From assembly GCA_003140095.1 (NCBI GenBank), contig PLIU01000506.1:848-57672 (forward strand): a stretch of 56,825 nt of DNA, written 5' to 3'. The position numbers and the translations under genes are program-made. This DNA comes from Verrucomicrobiales bacterium. Lineage in GTDB: Bacteria; Verrucomicrobiota; Verrucomicrobiia; Limisphaerales; Palsa-1400. The notes below the pieces were generated by a model that worked only from the letters and a program-made list of their open reading frames with translations, had not been told where the DNA came from and ran no database searches. Positions 24,315-32,837 of this stretch are shown here, in pieces. Every line of letters begins with the position of its first letter. Positions within the stretch are counted from its first letter, which is position 1.

Positions 24315-25689
24315 ATCGCCCGGCATTAAAAAATGGCGCACACGATGCGCAATTGCGGCGGCCTTGATTCTTATCGTGCTGCTGGTGTTCGAGCATCAAC
24401 TCCATGCACCCGGCATTCGGATGGGCAAACCGTTGCCTCAAGGCAAAGTGCGGCCGCAATTAGTCAACGCTGGAGATATCGCTTTGCTTCTGGCTCCCGA
24501 TGGGTCGCTCTGGGCTTGGGGCGGAACGCAATCCAAACTGGCTTGGAACGGAACGGGCTCAAGACTTATGGGCGTGTTCCCTCAGCCATCTATCTCGGAG
24601 GTTCCTCTCCGCGTCGGCGCAGACTCGGATTGGACCCAGGTAGCTTCAGGCGGCTCATATACGGTGGCGCTTAAAAGCGATGGCAGCCTTTGGGCCTGGG
24701 GTTGGAACGGCGAAGGAGAAGTTGGCCAGGCGAACCTCACCAATCACTACGGCGCTCCAACTCGTATCGGCAGGGAAACCAACTGGACCCAGATTTGCGC
24801 CGGCGTTGCTCACACGGTGGCCTTAAAAATTGACGGTTCGCTCTGGGCCTGGGGCTTCAATAACCGCGGCCAATTAGGAGACGGCACGACCAACAACATT
24901 TCCGTTCCGAGTATGATCGGCGTAGATCGGGATTGGCAAGCGATCGCGGCGCACGTTAACAACACCTTGGCCCTCAAGAGAAACGGCACCATCTGGCGCT
25001 GGGGGTCACAAAGCAACAGTGGCAATGAATTATTGACGCCAACACAAATGGAACCTGGCACGAATTGGCAGGCCATTTCAGCCTACGATTTTAACCTGCT
25101 GGCGCTCAAAACCGATGGAACGCTTTGGCTAAGCAGTATGCTCGTTGGTGCAGGGGTTTACATTAACGCCGCTTCGGCGTTCGCCTCCGGTCACACTGAT
25201 AACTTCACCCAGGTCGGACGCGATCAGGATTGGATTGAAATTCATGCCGGTTGGATTTCGTTCTTTGCCCGCAAGAATGATGGCAGTTGGTGGGGCTGCG
25301 GCCTGAATTACGAGGGACAGCTTGGCTTGGGCACGCATGTTTTGTGTGCGCCCTCCCCCCGGCGCCTGCCATTCAGCTTCGAGCCTTGGGTCTTCGCGCC
25401 GGGACAAGGCACCACTCTGTTGTTGGGCCTTGATGGCAAATTGTGGACTTGGGGAAGGCGGCTGGGGCTAAGCGGACCGAGCGCGACGCGGCAGAAATTC
25501 GAGGCGTTCTTGGCCCCGGCGGTCAAGCGGTTCCCCGCATTTCGCTTCCTGATCAAATCGGACATTGACCAAACGCCGCACCTCCTATGGGAGCTTCCGC
25601 CGGAAGTGCGCCGTTCGCTCGGAACCGGGCCGAATGGCTCCACGAATGATCCGACCACCGCCCATCCAGCAGGTCCCTCCCATGAATAA
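24307..25689 (+). CDS. Membrane-anchored RCC1/BLIP-II-type beta-propeller protein, copy 3
   Basis: Starts at the ATG inside CATGAATAA of copy 2 (MNKSPGIKKWRTRC); the family's second ATG is ATT here. Confidence 0.88.
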   Translation: MNKSPGIKKWRTRCAIAAALILIVLLVFEHQLHAPGIRMGKPLPQGKVRPQLVNAGDIALLLAPDGSLWAWGGTQSKLAWNGTGSRLMGVFPQPSISEVPLRVGADSDWTQVASGGSYTVALKSDGSLWAWGWNGEGEVGQANLTNHYGAPTRIGRETNWTQICAGVAHTVALKIDGSLWAWGFNNRGQLGDGTTNNISVPSMIGVDRDWQAIAAHVNNTLALKRNGTIWRWGSQSNSGNELLTPTQMEPGTNWQAISAYDFNLLALKTDGTLWLSSMLVGAGVYINAASAFASGHTDNFTQVGRDQDWIEIHAGWISFFARKNDGSWWGCGLNYEGQLGLGTHVLCAPSPRRLPFSFEPWVFAPGQGTTLLLGLDGKLWTWGRRLGLSGPSATRQKFEAFLAPAVKRFPAFRFLIKSDIDQTPHLLWELPPEVRRSLGTGPNGSTNDPTTAHPAGPSHE

Positions 25690-27016
25690 ATCGCCCGGCA
25701 TGAAAAAATGGCTCACCCGATGCGCAATTGCGGCGATCTTGATTCTTATCGTGCTGCTGGTGTTCGAGCATCAACTCCATGCTCCAGGTTTTTCGGTCGG
25801 CAGACCGTTGCCGCCGGGCAAAGTGCGACCGCAATTGGTCACCGACTGGGAGACGGCTGTCCTTCTGGCCCCCGACGGATCACTCTGGGCTTGGGGCGGG
25901 ACAGAATTTCACCTTACGAACGTATTCCCGCATCCCGTCACCTCGCAGGTTCCACTTCGCATCGGCTCGGACTCGGATTGGTCGCAAGTAGCTGGTGGCA
26001 CGATGAATACATTGGCATTAAAGGATGATGGCAGCCTGTGGGCCTGGGGTAGGGAGGGCCTGGGACGATCTGGCCCGGCAAACCTCACCCATCACGACGG
26101 CACTCCAACCCGCATCGGCACGGAAACGAACTGGGCTCTAATCTGCTCCGGATTTGCTCACTATCTGGCGTTAAAAAATGACGGCTCGCTCTGGGCTTGT
26201 GGGGACAATGGCCAAGGCCAACTAGGCGACGGCTCGACCAGAATTATGTCGGTTCTGACAATGATCGGCACAGCCCGGGATTGGCGGGCGATCGCAGCGG
26301 GCAGCTTCGACAGCTTCGCGCTAAAAAGCAACGGCACTCTCTGGGGCTGGGGGAAAGGCCACATCAGCAATGATTTAACCCCCAGGCAGATTGACTCCGG
26401 CACGAATTGGCTGTCCATTTCGGCATGCCTTAACACGCTCATGGCGCGCAAAACCGATGGAACTCTTTGGCTAAAAAGCCCAAACGCGATGGTTATTGCT
26501 TCGGCTTTCGTTCACGGTCCCACTGAAGACTTGACACAGATTGGAAAGGATAGAGATTGGACTCAAGTCTATGCCGGGTTTAATTCGTTCTTCGCCCGCA
26601 AGAAAGACGGCAGTTGGTGGGTCTGCGGCTTGAATTACGAGGGACAGATTGGTCTCGGCCCAAATATCACCGCAGTGCCATCACCGCAACGCTTCCCCTT
26701 CGACTTCGATCCTTGGGCCTTCGCACCCGGCGGTCAAACCACCATTTTGCTGGGCATAGATGGCAAGTTGTGGACTTGGGGCAAGCGCTTGGGGGCGGGC
26801 CAACCGAGCGCGGCGCGGCTGAAAATCCAGGCCTTCCTGGCCGCGATGGTGAAACGCTTCCCGTCCCTTGGCTTCCTGATCAAATCGGACATCGACCAAA
26901 CACCGCATCTCCTATGGGAGCTTCCCCCGGAAGTGCGCCGCGCGCTTGGAACCGGGCCAAAAAGCGCTACAAATAATTCGACTTTAGGGCAACCAACCGA
27001 TGCCTCGCATGAATAA
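25682..27016 (+). CDS. Membrane-anchored RCC1/BLIP-II-type beta-propeller protein, copy 4
   Basis: MNKSPGMKKWLTRC start overlapping the copy 3 stop; seven RCC1-type repeats. Confidence 0.88.
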   Translation: MNKSPGMKKWLTRCAIAAILILIVLLVFEHQLHAPGFSVGRPLPPGKVRPQLVTDWETAVLLAPDGSLWAWGGTEFHLTNVFPHPVTSQVPLRIGSDSDWSQVAGGTMNTLALKDDGSLWAWGREGLGRSGPANLTHHDGTPTRIGTETNWALICSGFAHYLALKNDGSLWACGDNGQGQLGDGSTRIMSVLTMIGTARDWRAIAAGSFDSFALKSNGTLWGWGKGHISNDLTPRQIDSGTNWLSISACLNTLMARKTDGTLWLKSPNAMVIASAFVHGPTEDLTQIGKDRDWTQVYAGFNSFFARKKDGSWWVCGLNYEGQIGLGPNITAVPSPQRFPFDFDPWAFAPGGQTTILLGIDGKLWTWGKRLGAGQPSAARLKIQAFLAAMVKRFPSLGFLIKSDIDQTPHLLWELPPEVRRALGTGPKSATNNSTLGQPTDASHE

Positions 27017-28316
27017 ATCGCCCGGCATGAAAGAATGGCTCACACGATGCGCGGCGGCGGCAGCCTTGATCGGTATCGTGCTGCTGGCGGCGACGCATCC
27101 ACGCCATCCGCCGGGGATTTGGATGGGCCAACCGTTGCCTTCGGGCAAAGTGAAGCCGCAACTCGTCAGCGCCTGGTTGTATGAGACGCTCCTGGCTCCC
27201 GACGGGTCGCTTTGGGCTTGGGGCGGGTCGGAGCAATCCCCCTTACCCTCAAACTGGTTCCCGCAAGATGCGATGTTGCAGATTCCACACCGCATCGGGT
27301 CGGATTCGAATTGGACGCAGGTGGCGTGTTGCCAGGATTACCAAGTCGCTTTGAAAAACGACGGCAGTCTGTGGACTTGGGTTTTTAACCAATCTGGACC
27401 CACTCCAACCCGGATCGGTACAGATGCCAATTGGAGCCAAATCTGCGCCGGCGGTGGGCACAATCTAACGTTGAAAAACGACGGTTCATTGTGGACCTGG
27501 GACTCGAACGAGCGCGTCACACTAAACGACGGGACGACCACCAACAGGCCCGTTCCAACCATGGTCGGCACAGACCGGGATTGGCGGTCGATCGCCGCAG
27601 GTCTTCGGAACAGCTTCGCGCTCAAAAACAACGGCACCCTTTGGGAATGGGGAACACAAGGCGCCGCCAGCAACGATTTGACGCCAAGGCAAATCTCACC
27701 TGATACGAATTGGCAGGCCATTTCGGCCGACCGTTTTTGCCTATTGGCGCTTAAAACCGATGGAACACTTTGGGCAACGAATAGCAGCGTGACTCGTATT
27801 GCTAAGGCCTTCGTTCCCAATCTCACTGGAAACTTCACCCAGATCGGACCGGACACGGATTGGACCGAAGTCTATGCCGGAATGAATTCGTTTTATGCCC
27901 GCAAGAAAGACGGCGCTTGGTGGGTCTGCGGGGTGAACCATTTCGGACAACTTGGCCTGGGCACAAATATTTTCGCAGTGCCCTCGCCGCAACGACTGCC
28001 TTTCGACTTCGATCCTTGGGCCTTCGCGCCGGCAGAAGGTACCGCCCTTATGTTGGGCAAAGATGGCAAGTTGTGGACTTGGGGTTTGCGCCAGGGCGGC
28101 CAACCGAGCGCGGCGCGGCAGAAATTCGAGGCGTTCTTGGCCCCGGCGGTCAAGCGGTTCCCCGCACTTCGCTTCCTGATCAAATCGGACATCGACCAAA
28201 CACCGCACTTCCTGTGGGAGCTTCCAGCGGAAGTTCGCCGTTCGCTCGGAACCGGGCCAAATGGCGCCACGAATAATTTGACCGCGGGCCATTCTGCCAA
28301 TACTCTTCATCCATAG
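27009..28316 (+). CDS. Membrane-anchored RCC1/BLIP-II-type beta-propeller protein, copy 5
   Basis: MNKSPGMKEWLTRC start overlapping the copy 4 stop; seven repeats; divergent last codons (NTLHP*). Confidence 0.88.
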   Translation: MNKSPGMKEWLTRCAAAAALIGIVLLAATHPRHPPGIWMGQPLPSGKVKPQLVSAWLYETLLAPDGSLWAWGGSEQSPLPSNWFPQDAMLQIPHRIGSDSNWTQVACCQDYQVALKNDGSLWTWVFNQSGPTPTRIGTDANWSQICAGGGHNLTLKNDGSLWTWDSNERVTLNDGTTTNRPVPTMVGTDRDWRSIAAGLRNSFALKNNGTLWEWGTQGAASNDLTPRQISPDTNWQAISADRFCLLALKTDGTLWATNSSVTRIAKAFVPNLTGNFTQIGPDTDWTEVYAGMNSFYARKKDGAWWVCGVNHFGQLGLGTNIFAVPSPQRLPFDFDPWAFAPAEGTALMLGKDGKLWTWGLRQGGQPSAARQKFEAFLAPAVKRFPALRFLIKSDIDQTPHFLWELPAEVRRSLGTGPNGATNNLTAGHSANTLHP

Positions 28317-28380
28317 ATTTATGCATGTGTTCCGGCGCGGCGGACCCGGGAGCCGGCCATTCCATCTCTGCGCGATCTGC

Positions 28381-29586
28381 ATGAAAAAACGCATCTTGTT
28401 TGTCGGCGAGGACCAGGCTCTTTGCCAGGAATTCCAGGCGCACTGCCCTGGGCCGGAGAGCGTTTGGACCGTCCAACACGTCCAAACCGAAGAAGAAGCG
28501 CTGGCCTTGTGCCAGCAGCAGACCATCGCCGTCGTCGTGGCCGACGTCAATCTCAATGGCAAAAGCGGCACCGATTTGCTCGACGCTTTCATGCGCCGCC
28601 AGCCCAAGGCCTTGCGCATCATCATTTCAGACCTGGCCGACGTGGCCAGCACAATGAAGTGCATCGGCCACGCCCATCACCACGTCTTGAAGCCGTGCAG
28701 CGCGCAGACTCTTCTCCAGGCCCTCGACCAGGCCTTCGCTCAGGAAGCCTGGCTGCCCAGCGAACCGGTGCAAGGCTTCATCGCCCAGATGCGCCAGGTC
28801 CCCAGCCCGATCAAGGCCTACCAGCAGATTGTCCAGGAAATGAAGTCGCCGACCTGCTCCCTGGAGAAAATCGGCAACCTGGTCGCGAAAGACCCGGCTG
28901 TCGCGGCCAAGGTCCTGCAACTGGCCAACTCGACCGTATTCGGACGGGAATTGAAAGTAGTCAACCCGGCCGAAGCCATCGGCTACATCGGCCTGGAAAC
29001 CACCAAGGCGGTCGTCCTGCTGGCCCACACCTTCTCCTCGTTCGACAACCTCAAGCTGGCCCGTTTCTCCATCGAAGACCTTTGGCGGCACTCGGTGGCC
29101 GTCGGCCGCATGGCGCAGCGCGTGGTGGTGTTGGAAAAGGCCGGGGAGGACCTCGCCGAACAGGCCTTTGCCGCCGGGTTGCTGCACGACATTGGGAAGC
29201 TGCTCTTTGCGGCCAACCACTCGGGCCTTTTCGGCAAGGTCCTGCGGCTGGCGCGCGAACAACAGTGCAACTTGTGGGAAGCCGAGTCGCAAATTTTGCC
29301 CGGCGTCGGCCATGCCGAATTAGGCGCGACGGTTTTAGGGATTTGGGGATTGCCCAAGTCGATTACCGAGGCCGTGGCGTTGCATCATTGCCCGTGGCGG
29401 CAGCGCCACCACACTTTCAGCCCGGTCACGGCGGTCCATGTGGCCAACATTTTGGACCATGAAAACCATCTCGACCCCGCCATCATCATGCCCTCGCAGA
29501 TCAATACTTCCTATCTCAAGGACATGGGTTTGGCCGGGCGCGAGGAGGACTGGCGTCAAGGCTGCGTGGGGATGGATCGGCAGTGA
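28381..29586 (+). CDS. Response regulator with REC and HDOD domains
   Basis: MKKRILFVGED...VVVADVNLNGKSG...LKPC (REC); DPAVAAKVLQLANS, LWRHS, AGLLHDIGKL, GHAELGA..L..WGLP, HH (HDOD). Confidence 0.9.
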   Translation: MKKRILFVGEDQALCQEFQAHCPGPESVWTVQHVQTEEEALALCQQQTIAVVVADVNLNGKSGTDLLDAFMRRQPKALRIIISDLADVASTMKCIGHAHHHVLKPCSAQTLLQALDQAFAQEAWLPSEPVQGFIAQMRQVPSPIKAYQQIVQEMKSPTCSLEKIGNLVAKDPAVAAKVLQLANSTVFGRELKVVNPAEAIGYIGLETTKAVVLLAHTFSSFDNLKLARFSIEDLWRHSVAVGRMAQRVVVLEKAGEDLAEQAFAAGLLHDIGKLLFAANHSGLFGKVLRLAREQQCNLWEAESQILPGVGHAELGATVLGIWGLPKSITEAVALHHCPWRQRHHTFSPVTAVHVANILDHENHLDPAIIMPSQINTSYLKDMGLAGREEDWRQGCVGMDRQ

Positions 29587-30740
29587 TGAGGATGCACGCC
29601 CTCCGGCTCTCCTTGATCTTCTGGCTGCGACGATTCCCGAGGCTGCATCGCGTTACACGTCGCATCTCCCAGCGCATCCGCGACCTCGTCCTTGGCCTGC
29701 TGCGCCAAATGATCCCGGCCACCGTCCCTTGGGGACCGCCCAAAGGATTCTTTTCCGACTACGAGCTGCTCCGAAACGCAAAAGTGGATGGCAAAGTGTT
29801 GTTGGAATCGCAAGATGTTCCAACTGCCGCGGCGGACAGCCTCCGCGAAAAATCCGGCCTTAAACAAACTCATAATCAACCTTGGCCGATCTTCTGGACC
29901 CTCCATCCCCAAGGCCGCCTCATCGCCAAGTCGCTTGTTTTGCTTGACAAGCAAAAACGCCTATCGCGGGAAGGAGCGTTCGGCCCGGCTGCCAAAACGG
30001 ATCCCGCCTATGGCAACATCTTCCTTCCGCCTCCCACTCGACTCCATGGCAATTGGACCAGTATCAAAAGCCAATGGGAGGAGGGGTTTTGCCACTGGTT
30101 TCTGGACGGATTGCCCCGTCTGGCCATATTACCCGAACTGCCGCTCAACACGCGCATCATCGTTCCGTCCCGGTTGGCGCCCTATCAACAACAAACTTTG
30201 CAGTGGCTCGGTCTGGCGGATCGCATCAGGCCGACCGAGGAAAAACATCTTCTCATCGAGCACTATTACTTTTGCTCGCTGACCTCGATGACAGGATGTT
30301 ACAATCCCTTCGCCGTGCAATTCCTGCGGCGATCATTCCTGCCTCACGCTAAGCTGGAGTATGAACCGCCACCCCGATTTTATGTGCGGCGCGTTGGCAA
30401 ATCCCGGCCTATAGACAACGAGCATGAGGTTCTTGATTTCTTTCGGAAAAGAGGCTGGGCGATCATCGACACCGAACAACTCCCACTGGGCATACAAATC
30501 CGCCTTTTTTCCCAGGCCGAAATGATCTGCGCCCCGCACGGCGCCGGGCTGACCAATCTTCTCTGGTCCCCGCCCGGCTGCAAGGTGCTCGAATTGTGCG
30601 CCAGCACTTACCTCAATGGAATATATGAAGGCCTCGCCGAATGCCTGGCCTTGCAGTATCGCTACTTGATTTTCGAAGGCGACAACACCTTTCGATCTCG
30701 CATCAATCTGGAAGAGTTGGAACGCGCCCTGGAATTCTAG
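29583..30740 (+). CDS. Glycosyltransferase family 61 (DUF563) protein
   Basis: FCHWFLDGLPRL, RFYVRR...RPIDNE, QIRLFSQAEMICAPHGAGLTNLLW...VLEL. Confidence 0.85.
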   Translation: MMRMHALRLSLIFWLRRFPRLHRVTRRISQRIRDLVLGLLRQMIPATVPWGPPKGFFSDYELLRNAKVDGKVLLESQDVPTAAADSLREKSGLKQTHNQPWPIFWTLHPQGRLIAKSLVLLDKQKRLSREGAFGPAAKTDPAYGNIFLPPPTRLHGNWTSIKSQWEEGFCHWFLDGLPRLAILPELPLNTRIIVPSRLAPYQQQTLQWLGLADRIRPTEEKHLLIEHYYFCSLTSMTGCYNPFAVQFLRRSFLPHAKLEYEPPPRFYVRRVGKSRPIDNEHEVLDFFRKRGWAIIDTEQLPLGIQIRLFSQAEMICAPHGAGLTNLLWSPPGCKVLELCASTYLNGIYEGLAECLALQYRYLIFEGDNTFRSRINLEELERALEF

Positions 30741-30806
30741 TTATCGAAACGGTGTTCCTCCCTTGAAAAACCGCTTGCCCTTAATTCGGCTATTGGAGAA
30801 CATCCG

Positions 30807-31715
30807 TTGGTTATGGTTTCTGGCTTGCTCGTCGGCTTTTATCGCGTGGTTCATGGCCGTTTGCATCTGCCGGGCGCCGGGTGGTTGCTCCGAAGGCTTG
30901 CCCCGATCGTCCCGCGTCTGCAAGCGTATCCGTTCCTCGTGCCGGAGGTGGGAGTAGCCTTGCTCGATTTTCGCGAAATCGAAGCCTTTGGCTTGGTCAA
31001 TCTCGTGCTTGGCGATCTGCGGAACGATGCGAACTTGCATCGATGCCTGGAAATGGCGCTCCAACCAGGAGACGTGTTTTGGGACGTGGGAGCCAACGTC
31101 GGCGTGGTCTCGGGACACTTCGCTCATCCGCGCTTCCAACTTTCCAGCCTGCACGCCTTTGAACCCAACCCCATTCCATTGAAAACCCTCCAATCTTTGT
31201 TCTCGGCCAATGCGCGCTGCATCGTGCATCCGTTTGGTCTGGGGGACAAAGACCAGATGATCAACATGAACCTTTCCTCCGCTGGCAGCAGCTTGGGATC
31301 CATGTCGCGCGATTTCCAGGAGGGCAAACAAATTCGGGTCCAGGTTCGCCGCGGCGATGCCGTACGCCGCGAATTGGGTTTGCCGGCTCCCCACGTCATG
31401 AAAATTGACGTCGAGGGATTTGAACCCAGCGTGTTTGCCGGCTTGACGGAAACCATCGCCGAGCACCGTCCCATCCTTTTCTTCGAGCATCTCTTCTTGT
31501 CCGATCAGCAGATCAGGGAACTGATGCCGAAGGACTACGTCCTCTTTTTTATCCAGGACGACGGCTCGACCACAACCGATTTTTCCGAGCGGCGCAAAGG
31601 GCATGATGTCATTGTTATCCCGGCAGAGAAAGCGGCACGACTCAACTTGGCGCCAACCGTGCCAGCCCGGAACCGCGCCGCCGATGGAGCAGGGCGGCGG
31701 GTTCAGAAAACTTAA
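30807..31715 (+). CDS. FkbM family methyltransferase
   Basis: VFWDVGANVG, HAFEPNP, MKIDVEGFE. Confidence 0.9.
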   Translation: MVMVSGLLVGFYRVVHGRLHLPGAGWLLRRLAPIVPRLQAYPFLVPEVGVALLDFREIEAFGLVNLVLGDLRNDANLHRCLEMALQPGDVFWDVGANVGVVSGHFAHPRFQLSSLHAFEPNPIPLKTLQSLFSANARCIVHPFGLGDKDQMINMNLSSAGSSLGSMSRDFQEGKQIRVQVRRGDAVRRELGLPAPHVMKIDVEGFEPSVFAGLTETIAEHRPILFFEHLFLSDQQIRELMPKDYVLFFIQDDGSTTTDFSERRKGHDVIVIPAEKAARLNLAPTVPARNRAADGAGRRVQKT

Positions 31716-31988
31716 TCCGAGGCGCATGCCAAAGGCGCGGCCTGCAAGACGGGTAGCCAGCAGGACGGTCGGAGCGCAGAAAGATGCAGAATACACTTGC
31801 GCTTCCACTTCCCATCCCCTAAGAAGTCGCTCGAAGTGCGGCGGTTAGCACGGATCGGCGACAGGCGCGCCAAGTTACCGCCATTGGGACAGCGGAAGGC
31901 GTGCCTTCCTCCGCAAAAGCCAATGGCGGCAGCTTCGTGAGGTCTGCTGTGCCTTCCTGCGCCACGCGCCGCCCTTCTTAATGTATTC

Positions 31989-32810
31989 ATGCAGGAATTA
32001 GTCATCGAAGCAGGACGAACCGAACGTCACTATTGGCGCGATCTGTGGCGTTACCGGGAACTCTTTTACTTCCTCGCCTGGCGCGACATCCTGGTGCGCT
32101 ACAAGCAGACCGTCCTTGGCATCGCATGGGCCGTCATTCGTCCCTTCCTGACCACGGTGGCCTTTACGGCGGTTTTCAAAGGTATCGCCAAACTTTCCGC
32201 GCCTGGCGGTCTGCCTTACCCGCTGTTCGTCATGGCGGCCGTGCTTCCCTGGCAATTCTTTTCCTCCAGTCTGAGCGAATCCAGCAATAGCCTCGTCACC
32301 AACGCTAACCTCATCTCCAAAATTTACTTTCCGCGCCTCATCGTTCCCGCCGGCGCCGTCATCACCAGCTTTGTGGATTTCCTCATCACCTTGGGACTGC
32401 TGGCCCTGTTCATGATCTGGTACAGATTTGTCCCGGACTGGCGCATTTTAACATTTCCGCTCTTCATCCTTTTGGCGTTTGGCGCTGCCTTTGGCGCCGG
32501 CCTTTGGCTCTGCGCTTTGAATGTGGAATATCGCGATTTTCGTTACATCATTCCATTTATCGTGCAGTTCGGCCTCTACTTCTCACCCGTCGGTTTTGCC
32601 AGCGCCGACGTTTCCGCCAAATGGCGCTTGCTCTACTCCCTGAACCCGATGGTCGGCGTCATCGACGGCTTCCGCTGGTCTCTGCTCCGCGGGAAATCAT
32701 CCCTCGACTGGTCCACGACACTGCTGTCCATGACGGTGGTGATCCTTCTCATGGCCAGCGGCATCTGGTATTTTCGCAAGATGGAACGCACCTTTGCCGA
32801 TGTCATATAA
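31989..32810 (+). CDS. wzm: Polysaccharide ABC transporter permease
   Basis: RYRELFYFLAWRDILVRYKQTVLGIAW, LISKIYFPR, YRDFRYIIPF, LNPMVGVIDGFR, FRKMERTFADVI. Confidence 0.93.
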   Translation: MQELVIEAGRTERHYWRDLWRYRELFYFLAWRDILVRYKQTVLGIAWAVIRPFLTTVAFTAVFKGIAKLSAPGGLPYPLFVMAAVLPWQFFSSSLSESSNSLVTNANLISKIYFPRLIVPAGAVITSFVDFLITLGLLALFMIWYRFVPDWRILTFPLFILLAFGAAFGAGLWLCALNVEYRDFRYIIPFIVQFGLYFSPVGFASADVSAKWRLLYSLNPMVGVIDGFRWSLLRGKSSLDWSTTLLSMTVVILLMASGIWYFRKMERTFADVI

Positions 32811-32837
32811 TCGCAGAGGCCAGCCAGCAAGCGCCCC

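Noticed and set aside
20563-28316. Diversity-generating retroelement acting on the propellers
   Set aside because: No reverse transcriptase in the window, and differences between the relic and intact copies are mostly synonymous rather than adenine-specific.
31838-31853. ops/JUMPStart element before wzm (GGCGGTTAGCAC)
   Set aside because: It differs from GGCGGTAGCGT by an insertion and mismatches, and no RfaH-like gene is in the window.
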